A DNA stretch of 64,000 nt from Anaeramoeba ignava BMAN (GCA_028826165.1 JAPDFW010000009.1:1-64000); one strand, 5' to 3'; counted from the first letter of the stretch, positions 35,275 to 48,245 are shown. Made by a program: numbers and translations. The notes: generated by a model from the sequence alone, not told the origin.

Positions 35275-37257
35275 ATGAACTGGGAAAAATTATCTTTTGA
35301 TCATTCTATTCCATGTGCAAGAGGATTTCACTCGATCGTAAATCGCGAGTTGCAAAGAGAATTAATATTATTTGGGGGAACAAACAACGAACACAGTTTC
35401 AATGATTTATGGCGATTCAATTATGAATTTTTGCGATGGGAAAAAATCAAGGTAGAATCTAAAGAAAAACCATCACCAAGACATTCATGCACAGGAGTGC
35501 TTGTGAATGACGACGAGAAATTGCTTATTTTTGGGGGGTTTACAGGACATTATTCAGGACCATTAAATGATATTTGGATCTTTGATTTCGAATCAAATAA
35601 ATGGGAAGAAATGATCCAAAAAAACACAGTTTCAGGACAAAAAGATCACACAACATGTGTGCTTGGAAATAGGGTTTATACGCTTGGAGGAGCACAAAAT
35701 AATGCGTTTATGAGGGATTTAACAAATAAATTCCAGTGTTTTGACATCACAACAAAAAAATGGACTGAATTACCCTCTTTTCCTTTTAATATTCGTTGGC
35801 ACACAATGGTTGCTCATAAAAATCAATTGATTGTGTTTGGAGGATATGTTAATAGTCAATATTCAAATCAAACTTGGTCGTTTGACATCAAGTTGAATCA
35901 ATGGATTGAAATCAAGCCCAGTGAGTCGTTTATTCCCGAGACGAGGGAAGGACACACTGCGGCTATGGGCCTCGCTTCTGACGCCCAGGATAATATTATG
36001 TTTGTTTTTGGAGGTCATAAATACGATCTCTCAACTTCAACTCGTTTTTATTTGATGGAATTGCTCGCGCTCGATCTCGAAAGTAAGGCCTGGATTCGCA
36101 TCAAGGAATCAGGCGATATTTCAGGCAGAAAAGCGCAGAGCTTGAATATTGTCAAGAACTCGCGGGGTTCGTTTATTATTGTGTTTGGAGGAAGATATCG
36201 TGATCCCCAATTGGATTTCCATTATTTTGATGAGTTTTATATGATGCAGCTCCAGTTTTCTGCATCTTTGCTTCATTTATACGCACGCAAAGAATTGTGC
36301 GATCTTGAAATCAAATCAAAAAACGGTGTTTTACTTGCGCATCAATTGGTTCTTAAGCTCAGATTGCGCGAGAATTATTCAACTTTTTTAATTCGTTGTT
36401 TGGGCGAAACTTGGCAAAATGTTGATATTCAACTGAAAAATATTTATGGAAGATATTCAAGCTCAATTCCAAAGGTTTTCGACAACATCCCTTTGAAGAA
36501 TTTCCAAGACGACATGCTTGTTTTGTTTCGTGATTTCGAAGATTCAAAAGATTTCACGATTGTCGTTCAAAAATCCGAAAAGGAAAAAAAAATCCGAGTT
36601 CATAAACTCATTCTTGCTGCAAAAAGCGATCTTTTTCGAGGGATGTTTTTGTCGGTTGTTGATGACGATTCAAACACTGCTCCTGATTTCAGTGGGAGAT
36701 CATACAAGGCAGTCAAAACACTTGTCAGATTTCTTTATTTCGAAACTCTTCCATCTTCAACAGATCCTATTGTTGCTGCTGAATTGATTGATGCCAGTTC
36801 TTATTATATGCTCAGTAGTTCTTTTCTCAATATTCTTTGCTATCAAATTATTCATGAGAATCTTAATTTGCAGAATGTGATCCAAATATTCTCAATTATA
36901 TCTAAAAAATTATATGTTGATGAAGCTTATTTGATAAGAGATGAATGTTTGAATGTTTTTCAGAAGCATTTTAGAGTAATAAATAAAGAGTTTCAGGATT
37001 TGTTGAATATTAATGAAGCTATTGAAGTTATTCAAAGTTTGATTCTTTCTCAAAGTCAATTGAATACTTTATTGAAAAGTTGTGATTCTATTAAAGATGA
37101 TAATTTTCGAGAAGAAATTAAGAAGGAAGTTGAGAAATTGATTGAAAAGTCTCGACTTCATTCTACAAAAATAGAATCTCAACCTCAAACAGAATCAGAT
37201 AATTCTAAGAAAAAAAAGAAAGAAAAGAAGAAAAAGAAGAAATTTTTCTTTTTTTGA
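35275..37257 (+). CDS. Kelch-repeat + double BTB protein (LZTR1-like architecture), intronless
   Basis: Six Kelch blades (LFGG...NDLW, IFGG...NDIW, VFGG etc.), then LCDLEI..AHQLVL and DFTIVV..VHKLILAAKSDLFRGMF. Confidence 0.9.
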   Translation: MNWEKLSFDHSIPCARGFHSIVNRELQRELILFGGTNNEHSFNDLWRFNYEFLRWEKIKVESKEKPSPRHSCTGVLVNDDEKLLIFGGFTGHYSGPLNDIWIFDFESNKWEEMIQKNTVSGQKDHTTCVLGNRVYTLGGAQNNAFMRDLTNKFQCFDITTKKWTELPSFPFNIRWHTMVAHKNQLIVFGGYVNSQYSNQTWSFDIKLNQWIEIKPSESFIPETREGHTAAMGLASDAQDNIMFVFGGHKYDLSTSTRFYLMELLALDLESKAWIRIKESGDISGRKAQSLNIVKNSRGSFIIVFGGRYRDPQLDFHYFDEFYMMQLQFSASLLHLYARKELCDLEIKSKNGVLLAHQLVLKLRLRENYSTFLIRCLGETWQNVDIQLKNIYGRYSSSIPKVFDNIPLKNFQDDMLVLFRDFEDSKDFTIVVQKSEKEKKIRVHKLILAAKSDLFRGMFLSVVDDDSNTAPDFSGRSYKAVKTLVRFLYFETLPSSTDPIVAAELIDASSYYMLSSSFLNILCYQIIHENLNLQNVIQIFSIISKKLYVDEAYLIRDECLNVFQKHFRVINKEFQDLLNINEAIEVIQSLILSQSQLNTLLKSCDSIKDDNFREEIKKEVEKLIEKSRLHSTKIESQPQTESDNSKKKKKEKKKKKKFFFF

Positions 37258-37269
37258 ATTTACAAATAA

Positions 37270-39995
37270 TTAAAAATTACCAAATTTATTTAAAAATTTA
37301 TTTAGAAATTTATTCAGAAATTTATTCAGAAATTTATTTAAAAATTTATTTAAAAATTGGAATAAAAATTGGAATAAAAATTGGAATAAAATTTATTTAA
37401 AAATTGATTTAAAAATTGATTTAGAAATTTATTTAGAAATTTATTTAAAAATTGGAATAAAAATTTATTTAAAAATTTATTTAAAAATTGGAATAAAAAT
37501 TGGAATAAAAATTGGAATAAAAATTTATTTAAAAATTTATTTAAAAATTGGAATAAAAATTGGAATAAAAATTGGAATAAAAATTGGAATAAAAATTGGA
37601 ATAAAATTTATTTAGAAATTTATTTAGAAATTTATTTAGAAATTTATTTAAAAATTGGAATAAAAATTGGAATAAAAATTTATTTAGAAATTTATTCAGA
37701 AATTTATTCAGAAATTTATTTAGAAATTTATTCAGAAATTTATTCAGAAATTGGAATAAAAATTTATTTAAAAATTTATTTAAAAATTGGAATAGAAATT
37801 GGAATAAAAATTGGAATAAAAATTGGAATAAAATTGATTTAAAAATTGGAATAAAAATTGGAATAGAAATTTATTTAAAAATTTATTTAGAAATTTATTT
37901 AAAAATTGGAATAAAAATTTATTTAAAAATTGGAATAAAAATTGGAATAAAATTGATTTAAAAATTGGAATAAAAATTGGAATAAAAATTGGAATAAATT
38001 TATTTAAAAATTTATTTAGAAATTTATTTAGAAATTTATTTAGAAATTTATTTAAAAATTTATTTAAAAATTTATTTAGAAATTTATTTAAAAATTTATT
38101 TAAAAATTGGAATAAAAATTTATTTAAAAATTTATTTAAAAATTGATTTAAAAATTGGAATAAAAATTGGAATAAAAATTGGAATAAAAATTGGAATAAA
38201 AATTTATTTAAAAATTTATTTAAAAATTGGAATAAAAATTGGAATAAAAATTGGAATAAAAATTGGAATAAAAATTGGAATAAAATTTATTTAAAAATTT
38301 ATTTAGAAATTGATTTAGAAATTTATTTAGAAATTGGAATAAAAATTTATTTAGAAATTGATTTAGAAATTTATTTAAAAATTGATTTAAAAATTGGAAT
38401 AAAAATTTATTTAGAAATTGATTTAGAAATTTATTTAAAAATTGATTTAGAAATTTATTTAAAAATTTATTTAAAAATTTATTTAAAAATTTATTTAAAA
38501 ATTGGAATAAAAATTGGAATAAAAATTGGAATAAAAATTGGAATAAAAATTGGAATAAAAATTGGAATAAAAATTTATTTAAAAATTGGAATAAAAATTG
38601 GAATAAAAATTGGAATAAAAATTGGAATAAAATTGATTTAAAAATTGGAATAAAAATTGGAATAGAAATTTATTTAGAAATTTATTTAAAAAATTTATTT
38701 AGAAATTTATTTAAAAATTGGAATAAAAATTGGAATAAAAATTGGAATAAAAATTGATTTAAAAATTGGAATAAAAATTGGAATAAAAATTGATTTAAAA
38801 ATTGATTTAAAAATTTATTTAGAAATTTATTTAAAAATTGGAATAGAAATTTATTTAAAAATTGGAATAAAAATTGGAATAAAAATTGGAATAAAAATTG
38901 GAATAAAAATTTATTTAAAAATTGGAATAAAAATTGGAATAAAAATTGGAATAAAAATTGGAATAAAAATTGATTTAAAAATTGATTTAGAAATTTATTT
39001 AGAAATTGGAATAAAAATTGGAATAAAAATTGGAATAGAAATTGATTTAAAAATTTATTTAGAAATTGGAATAAAAATTGGAATAAAAATTTATTTAAAA
39101 ATTTATTTAAAAATTTATTTAGAAATTTATTTAAAAATTGGAATAGAAATTTATTTAAAAATTGGAATAAAAATTGGAATAAAAATTGGAATAAAAATTG
39201 GAATAAAATTGATTTAAAAATTGGAATAAAAATTGGAATAAAAATTGGAATAAAAATTTATTTAAAAATTGGAATAAAAATTGGAATAAAAATTGATTTA
39301 AAAATTGATTTAAAAATTGGAATAAAAATTGATTTAGAAATTTATTTAGAAATTTATTTAAAAATTTATTTAAAAATTTATTTAGAAATTTATTTAGAAA
39401 TTATTTAAAAATTTATTTAAAAATTGGAATAAAAATTGGAATAAAAATTTATTTAAAAATTGATTTAAAAATTGATTTAAAAATTGGAATAAAAATTGGA
39501 ATAAAAATTTATTTAAAAATTGATTTAAAAATTTATTTAGAAATTTATTTAAAAATTGGAATAGAAATTTATTTAAAAATTGGAATAAAAATTGGAATAA
39601 AAATTTATTAAAAAATTTATTTAAAAATTGGAATAAAAATTGGAATAAAAATTGGAATAAAAATTTATTTAAAAAATTGATTTAGAAATTGGAATAAAAA
39701 TTGGAATAAAAATTTATTTAGAAATTGATTTAGAAATTGATTTAGAAATTTATTTAAAAATTTATTTAAAAATTGGAATAAAAATTTATTTAAAAATTTA
39801 TTTAAAAATTTATTTAGAAATTTATTTAAAAATTGGAATAGAAATTTATTTAAAAATTGGAATAGAAATTGATTTAAAAATTTATTTAAAAATTTATTTA
39901 AAAATTGGAATAAAAATTGGAATAGAAATTGATTTAGAAATTTATTTAAAAATTGATTTAAAAATTGATTTAAAAATTTATTTAAAAAATTGATT
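37270..39995. repeat. 2.7-kb intergenic 12-bp satellite with interspersed variants AAAATTGGAATA / AAAATTTATTTA / GAAATTTATTTA / AAAATTGATTTA
   Basis: Visible. Confidence 0.95.
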
Positions 39996-40231
39996 TTCTT
40001 AGTTAGAAATTGTAAAGATTAAGAAAGTGGAATGAAAAAAAGGTTTGATTAAAGAAAAATAAGTTATTCAAAAATTGAGAAAAAAGAAATTTTTTTTAAC
40101 TTGTTTTAAAAGGATTTAAAAATAGAGAATAATGATCTTTAAAAAGAAAAATTTTTTTTTGATTTTTTTTTTTTCATTCACTTTTTTTATTTCAATTTTT
40201 TTAAATTTTTATTTTTTTTAAAAAAAACAAA

Positions 40232-41022
40232 ATGAATTCACCAAAATTTCAAATTGTTGTTGCTGGAACAGGAGCAGTTGGAAAATCAGCAATAACACTT
40301 CAATTTATTGCAAAACAATTTGTTCAAAAATATGAACCAACAATAGAAGATGTTTATAAAAAAATGATCACAATTAATAATCAACATGTTATTTTAGATA
40401 TTCTTGATACAGGTAAATTAATAATAATAATAAAAATAAAATAACGGAAAAATTTTTTTGCCAGTTCAACTTAATAAAATTTTTCAATTTAAAAAAAAAT
40501 TTCAAAAAAAAATAATAAAAAGCTGGTCAAGATGAATATTCTTCTTTAAGATCTCATTATTATGCTAAAGGAGATGGATTTTTACTTGTTTGTTCTTATG
40601 ATAATTTTTCTTCAATTGAAGAAATTCTTGAATTTAAAGAAACAATTCTTCAAGCAAAAGATGTAGAAGATTCTTCTCAAGTCCCAATTCTTCTTGTTGT
40701 AAATAAATGTGATCTTTCAAATAAAGATCGAGTATTTTCAAGAAAAGAAGTTGATGATCTTGCTCGACTTTATGATCTTCCAGTTATTGAAACTTCAGCA
40801 AAAAATGGGGTAAATAAAAATTATTTTTTAAATTTTTATTTTTAAATAAATTTTTAATTAATTTTTTTATAATTTTTTTTTTAGACAAATGTTGATAATG
40901 CTTTCCATAAATTGACAACTCAAATTTTAAAACAAAAATCAATTGGAAAAAAAGATTCCAAAACCAAAACAAAAGCAAAAAAAGAAAAAAAGAAAAGATC
41001 AATAAGATGTTCAATTATGTAA
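40232..41022 (+). CDS. Ras/Rap-family small GTPase, 3 exons (introns 40413-40522 and 40810-40884)
   Basis: GTGAVGKS, YEPTIED, LDT|AGQDEY, NKCD, ETSAK, polybasic tail and CAAX box CSIM. Confidence 0.93.
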
Positions 41023-41346
41023 AAAAGAAGAAAAGAAAAGAAGAAGAAAGCAAATAAATTTTTGCTTTATTTTTTAAATTGTTTTTTGTTTGTTTTTAAA
41101 TTTTGATTTGGTTTTAAATTTTAATTTGCAAATTAATAAAAATTTTGAAAAGGAAAAGAAATGAAAATTTGTTTTTTAATTTGAATTAAAAACTGGAATG
41201 AAAATTAAAATTAAAATTAAAAATTGAATTAAAATTAAAATTAAAAATTGAATTAGAATTAAAATTAAAATTGAATTTGAATTTGAAAAGGAAAGCAACT
41301 ATTGTTTTTTAAAAAGAATTAAAAGAAAAGAATTAAAAGAAAAGAA

Positions 41347-44300
41347 TTAATCGACTCTTTGTTCGATCATATCCAAAACATCATTAGCAGCCTTAGTAAT
41401 TTTAGTACCAGGACCGAATACAAGATTAACACCATTATCATAAAGGAATTGGTAGTCCTGAATTGGGATAACACCACCACAGATAACAACAACAGAACCA
41501 GCACCTTCTTTCTTTAAGGCTTTAACAAGTTGAGGCATAAGAGTACGATGACCAGCAGCTAAGGAAGAGATTCCAACAACATGAACATCAGAATCAACGG
41601 CGGATCTTGCGACTTCATCTGGAGTTTGGAAAAGTGGACCGACATCGACATCGAAGCCAAGATCTGAGAAACCGCTTGCGATAACTTTTGCGCCACGATC
41701 ATGTCCATCTTGTCCCATTTTCGCAACAAGAATTCTTGGTCTTCTTCCGTATTTTTCCTTGAAACGATCCACTCGATCTATGATTTCTTGGAACTCTTTC
41801 TTGTTCAAATACTCCCCCGCATAGCTTCCTTGGACAACACTATCCTTGAGCTGGAATCTTCCCCAAACTTTTGCCAGCGCGTCGCTTATTTCACCAACTG
41901 TGCATCTTGCTCTGGCGGCCTCAACGGAAAGTTCCAACAAATTTCCGTTGCCGGAACGAGCACTTTCCGTTAAAGCTTCAAGTGCTTTTTTTGCTTTTTC
42001 CGAGTTTCTTTCTGCGCGCACTTTCTCGATGCCTTTTATCTGCGACTCTCTTACTACAGTGTTATCAATCACACGCACTTCGAGCGGATCTTCTTTTTCA
42101 AGTCTGAACTTGTTAACGCCAACAATTGTGTCCAAGCCACTGTCAATTCTGGCTTGTTTTCTGGCAGCTGCCTCTTCAATTCGATGTTTTGGCATTCCGG
42201 ATTCAACTGCTTTTGCCATACCGCCAAGTTGTTCAATTTCATTTATGATCTCCATTGCTTTTTGACAGAGATCGTCCGTTAATTTTTCCATCATAAAAGA
42301 TCCGCCCCAAGGATCCGCAACATTGCAGATATGAGTTTCTTCCTGCAAAATTAACTGAGTATTTCTTGCGATCCGGGCGCTAAATTCAGTTGGAAGTCCA
42401 ACTGCTTCATCAAATGAGTTTGTGTGCAAGCTTTGTGTGCCTCCTAGCATTGATGCCATCGCTTCTACTGTTGTTCGTATGATATTGTTGTACGGATCTT
42501 GCTCTGTTAAGCTCCATCCTGATGTTTGACAATGTGTTCGAAGCATCATTGATCTTTCTTTTTTGGGTGAAAAGTTTTTCTTTACTAATTCAGCCCATAA
42601 TCTTCTTGCTGCTCGTAGTTTTGCTACTTCCATGTAGAAGTTCATTCCAATTCCAAAGAAGAATGAAAATCTTGGTGCAACTGAGTCTACGTCTAATCCT
42701 GCGTTAACTGCTGCTCGAATGTATTCGATTCCTTTTAATTTTATAAATGAATTTTAATTTTAATTTTAATTTTAATATTGATATTAATTTTAATTTTAAT
42801 TTTAATTTTAATTTTAATTTTAATTTTAATTTTAATTTTAATTTTGATATTAATATTAATTTTATAAATGAATTTTAATTTTAATTTTAATTTTAATATT
42901 GATATTAATTTTAATTTTAATTTTAATTTTAATTTTGATATTAATTTTAATATTAATTTTAATATGAATTTAATAAATTAATTTTAATTTTATAAATGAA
43001 TTTTAATTTTAATTTTAATTTTAATTTTAATTTTATAAATGAATTTTATAAATGAATTTTAATTTTGATTTTAATTTTAATTTTAATTTTAATTTTATAA
43101 ATGATTTTTAATTTTGATATTAATATTAATTTTATAAATGAATTTTAATTTTAATATTAATTTTATAAATGAATTTTAATTTTATAAATGATTTTTAATT
43201 TTAATTTGAATTTTAATTTTGATATTAATATTGATTTTAATTTTAATATTAATTTTGATATTAATTTTATAAATGAATTTTAATTTTATAAATGAATTTT
43301 ATAAATGAATTTTAATTTTATAAATGAATTTTATAAATGAATTTTAATTTTGATTTGTACCATCTGCTAATGTAAAAGCTAATTCCAAAGCATTATCAGC
43401 ACCAGCTTCTTGCATATGATAACCTGAAATAGAAATCGAATTATATTTTGGCATATTTTTAGAAAGATAACCCATAATATCTGAAATAATTCTCATTGAA
43501 GGCAAAGGAGGATAAATAAAAGTATTTCTAACCATAAATTCCTTAAGAATATCATTTTGAATTGTTCCTGAAAGAAGTTTTTTATCGACTCCTTGTTCTT
43601 CTCCAGTCACAATAAACATCCCTAAAATGGGAAGAACTGCTCCATTCATTGTCATTGATACACTCATTTTGTTAAGTGGAATCCCGTCAAATAATTTCTT
43701 CATATCTTCAATGGTATCAATAGCTACTCCTGCCATTCCAACATCTCCTGATACTCGTGGATGATCTGAATCATATCCCCGATGTGTTGATAAGGAGAAT
43801 GCAACTGAAAGTCCCTTTTTTATTTTAAATTTTTAAAATGAATTTTTAATTTTAATTATTTTTAAATTTTAATTTTAATTTTAAATTATTTTTTACAGTT
43901 TGTCCTGCTGCTAAATTCTTTCGATAAAATGCATTTGATTCTTCTGCTGTTGAAAATCCTGCATATTGTCTAATTGTATGTTTTTTTACAGCTAAAATTC
44001 AATTAAAAATAATATTGAATTGAATTGAATTAAATATTAAATTGAATTGAATATTAAATTGAATTAAATATTAAATTGAATTAAATATTAAATTGAATTG
44101 AATTAAATATTGAATTGAATATTATATTGAATTAAATATTGAATATTATATTAAATTGAATTGAATATTAAATTAAATATTAAATTAAATTGAATTAAAT
44201 ATTAAATTGAATATTAAATTATATTGAATTGAATATTAAATTGAATTAAATTGAATTGAATTGAATTGAATTGAATTGAATTGAATTAAATTAAATTGAA

Positions 44301-45584
44301 TATTGAATTGAATATTGAATTAAATATTAAATATTGAATTGAATTGAATATTGAATTGAATATTGAATATTAAATTAAATATTAAATTAAATTAAATTGA
44401 ATTGAATTTGAATTGAATTGAATATTGAAATTGAAATATTGAATAAAATTAAATTTAAATTGAATTGAATATTAAATATTGAATTGAATATTAAATATTG
44501 AATTAAATATTAAATATTAAATAAATTGAAAATGAATAAATATTAAATTGAATTAAATGAATATTAAAAATTAAAATTGAATTGAATTGAATATTAAATT
44601 AAATATTAAATTGAATTGAATTGAATATGAATATTGAATTAAAATAAATGGAATATTGAATATTGAATTGAAATTGAATTGAATTAAATATTAAATTATT
44701 AAATTGAATTGAATATTAAATTGAATATTAAATTGAATTAAATATTAAATATTAAATTGAATTAAATATTAAATATTAAATTGAATTGAATATTGAATTA
44801 AATATTAAATATTAAATTGAATTGAATATTGAATATTAAATATTAAATTGAATTGAATATTGAATATTAAATATTAAATTGAATTGAATATTGAATATTA
44901 AATATTAAATTGAATTGAATATTAAATTATTAAATTGAATTGAATTAAATATTGAATATTAAATATTGAATATTAAATATTAAATTAAATATTAAATTGA
45001 ATATTGAATATTAAATGAATAAAATTAAATTGAAATTAAAATATTAAAATTAAATTAAATATTGAATTGAATATTAAATATTGAATTAAATTAAATTGAA
45101 TTGAATTGAATATTAAATTGAATATTAAATATTGAATATTAAATTGAATTGAATTGAATATTAAATATTAAATATTAAATATTGAATTGAATTAAATTGA
45201 ATTAAATATTAAATTAAATTGAATTGAATTATATTAAATTAAATTGAATTAAATATTAAATATTAAATTGAATTGAATTAAATAATACTTACTATACATT
45301 GTTGCCTTAGGACCACGTGTAAATGGAAAAATACCAGGAAATTCCTTTTTGTAATTTGGAATATCATTTGGTCCATAAACAGGTTTTACTTCAATTGATT
45401 CTGGTGAAAGCCAAACAAGTTTTTCAGGATCTTTCCCTTTTAATTCTTTTTTTGCCTCCTTTTCCCATTCTGGATCAAATGTAATTTTATTGGAAATCTC
45501 TCGACTTGTTAAATTTTGTAAATTTTGTTTTGTTAAATTTAATAATAAAGTTCTATTTAAACTTCTTGGAATAAATTGAAACAT
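41347..45584 (-). CDS. MMUT: Methylmalonyl-CoA mutase (adenosylcobalamin-dependent) with N-terminal organellar presequence, 4 exons (introns 43992-45292, 43815-43896, 42732-43360)
   Basis: [65 protein letters not shown]12 motif [10 protein letters not shown]. Confidence 0.96.
42732..43360 (-). repeat. Intronic AAAATT / AAAATTCATTTAT repeats (MMUT intron 3)
   Basis: Visible. Confidence 0.9.
43992..45292 (-). repeat. Intronic 5/7-bp AATTC / AATATTT satellite (MMUT intron 1)
   Basis: Visible. Confidence 0.9.
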
Positions 45585-46071
45585 TTTTTTAATTTTTTTA
45601 ATTTAAAAAAAAAAATTTTTTTTATTTTATTGTTATTTTAAAATTAAAAGAAAGAAAAAATGAAAAAAAAAATTAATTAAAAAAATTAATTAAAAAATAA
45701 TTTTTTCTAATTTTGACTTAAATTTGTGAAAAATTAATAATTTCTTTTTTTTTCAACTTAAAATTATCCTTTTAATCAAATAATAATTAATTAAAACTCT
45801 TTTCAAAATTATTTTTCTTTTCTCTCTTATTAAATTAAATTCAAAAAAAAGATATAATTAAGATTCAAATTTATTCTCAAAAAAATATCAATTTTTCTCA
45901 TTTAAATTAATTTAAATCAATATAATATTTTAATTCAAATTTCATTTTAATTTTAATTTAATTTATTAGAATTTAATAAAAAATAATTTATTGAAAAAAG
46001 AAAAGAAAATTCAATTTTTTATTTTAATTTTTTTTTTTTCATTTTTTCTTTCTTTTAAAAAAAAAGCAAAA

Positions 46072-48061
46072 ATGGAGAAACCTTTAATATCAAAACCACA
46101 AGTAAATTTATTTACAATTAATTTAAAATTATTTTGTAAATTTAATTTAATTTAATTTTATTAAAAAAAAAGAAAATTAAAATGTTAACAGAAATTTTCA
46201 CAAATGTTACTCGATTTTCTGTTTATTTTTTTATTGGAATGATATTTTGGTTAAACTACAAAATATTCAAAAAACAATTAATTGCTTTGTATAAAATTTA
46301 AAAATTAAAAAATTAAAAAATTAAAAACACACTTTTTACTCAATCTAAAAATTCTTTATTTATCCAACTTTTAATAATTCATCCCCATTAATTATTCATC
46401 TAAAAAATAATTCAAATCAAACAGTTTGTGGTCTGTCATAATTGCCATGTTTTTAGAACCATATAAAGACTCAGTTTATCGAATCATCTTAATTTTCAAA
46501 GACTTAATTAAATTCTTTCCAATTCAATCTCTTTTTGGAGTCATTATTATATATTATTTCCTGAGGATCTTCTCATCCACTTTTGCTACTACTTTCCTTA
46601 TCTTTGTTATTGTTCTTGTCGCAACAACAAAATCAGATAAAAATCAAGGATCTTCTTTACTTGTTTTAGTGATTTTTGTTTTAATTTTTATTGTTCCACT
46701 CATTTTCATATTGATAAAATCAGCACAACAATCAACAGAACTTGGGTCAAATTTAAGAACTTATTTTAAAGAAAATCCAGAAATTCTTTCAGATCTTCAG
46801 GTTTAAAAAAAAAATATTAATTCAAAAAAAATAATTTAAAAATTAATTCAAAAAAAAATTTCAAAAAACAAGAAAACTGCTTTTTTCCAAAAAATTGTTG
46901 CTTTTCTTGCAAAATTTAATGTCGAAGTTCCTAAATTAACTCCTACTTTAGTTTCAAAAAAAATTGCTCCATTTTTACAAGCAAAATTATTTATGTCTCC
47001 AGCTCTTTCTATTTTTTCAAATTTCTTCTCTTCTGTCATGTCTTTCTATATTTTTTTCATTTTCACATTATATCTTCTTCAAGTAAAATTCAATTTTAAA
47101 AAGAAAAGAGAAAAAAATATATTTATTAATTTTAAAAAAATTTTTATTTATTTCAACAGGAGATGGATAAATTTAAATCATTCTTTCAAAGTATTTTAAA
47201 AAATATTTAATTTCTAAAATAATTTATATTTAATTTATAAAATAATTTATATTTAATTTATAAAATAATTTATATTTAATTCCAAAATAATTTATATTTT
47301 AATTTATAAAATCATTTATATTTTAATTTATAAAATCATCTGTTTAGAATTCTCTCCATTTTGTCAAGAAGATAATCAAAAAATTGGGAATTCTATTCGA
47401 AATTTAACAGCTCAACTTCTTAAAAGTACAACATTAGTTGCTTTTATTAATGGAGCAATTGCATTTTTCACTTTCAAAATTTGTGGACTTCCTGTTCCAC
47501 TTGTTCTTGCATCTTTGAATGGATTTATAACAGCATTGCCAGTTATAGCATATGTTCTTGTTTGGGGATCAGCATCTGTAGAAATTGAATTAAATTTACA
47601 AATTTAAAAAAAAAAATTTAAACAATTATTTATTAAAAATTTAATCAATAATTTGACATCTAAAAAATTTATTTATAAAAAATTTATTTATTAAAAATTT
47701 ATTTATTAAAAATTTATTTATTAAAAATTTATTTATTAATAATTAATTTATTAAAAAATTATTTATTATAAAATTTATTTATTAAAAATTTTAGCTCGTT
47801 TTATTCTTTCAAGGAAGAATTCTTGCTTCATTATTCATTGCAATCATTCATAGTATAACAACTTTTGTTTTAAGTCCAATTATAAGATCTACTGTTCCTG
47901 GTGGTCATCTTTTCTTTAGTAAAATCTCTTTATTTTTTGGTATAGCTGCTTTTGGAATTCAAGGTGCTTTTTTCGGTCCTTTTATTGTTGGTTTAACAAT
48001 TACTTTCCTTGAAATCTTTCAAAAATATCAATCAGACAAAATTCATTTAAAAAAAGATTAA
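46072..48061 (+). CDS. TMEM245 / AI-2E-family multi-pass membrane protein, 7 exons
   Basis: Spliced FLWSVIIAMFLEPYK, ...LPVIAYVLVWG..., PGGHLFFSKISLFFGIAAFGIQGAFFGPFIV resemble TMEM245/AI-2E motifs. Confidence 0.75.
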
Positions 48062-48245
48062 ATTTTTAATTCCACTTTTTTTTTTTTAATTCCACTTTTT
48101 TTCCTTTTTCAAAAAATTCAAAATGAAATTCAAAATGAAATTCAAAATGAAATTCAAAATTTTTTTTTGATTTGATTTGATTTGATTTTGTTCGCAATTT
48201 TTTTAATTTTCTTTTTTTTCATTTTTTTCATTTTTTTTTTTAAAA

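Noticed and set aside
35900-36750. Lateral transfer or intein suggested by GC-rich patches
   Set aside because: The same central GC rise occurs in native eukaryotic genes such as VAC14; no in-frame insertion with Hint motifs was seen in the proteins here.
37270-39995. Satellite as an intron or telomeric tract
   Set aside because: No flanking donor or exon found on either strand; internal position and mixed 12-mers are unlike telomerase products.
41701-42707. Antisense ORFs over MMUT, and alternative-frame ORFs over Kelch-BTB and VAC14
   Set aside because: Shadow frames of GC-richer exons with no recognisable motifs.
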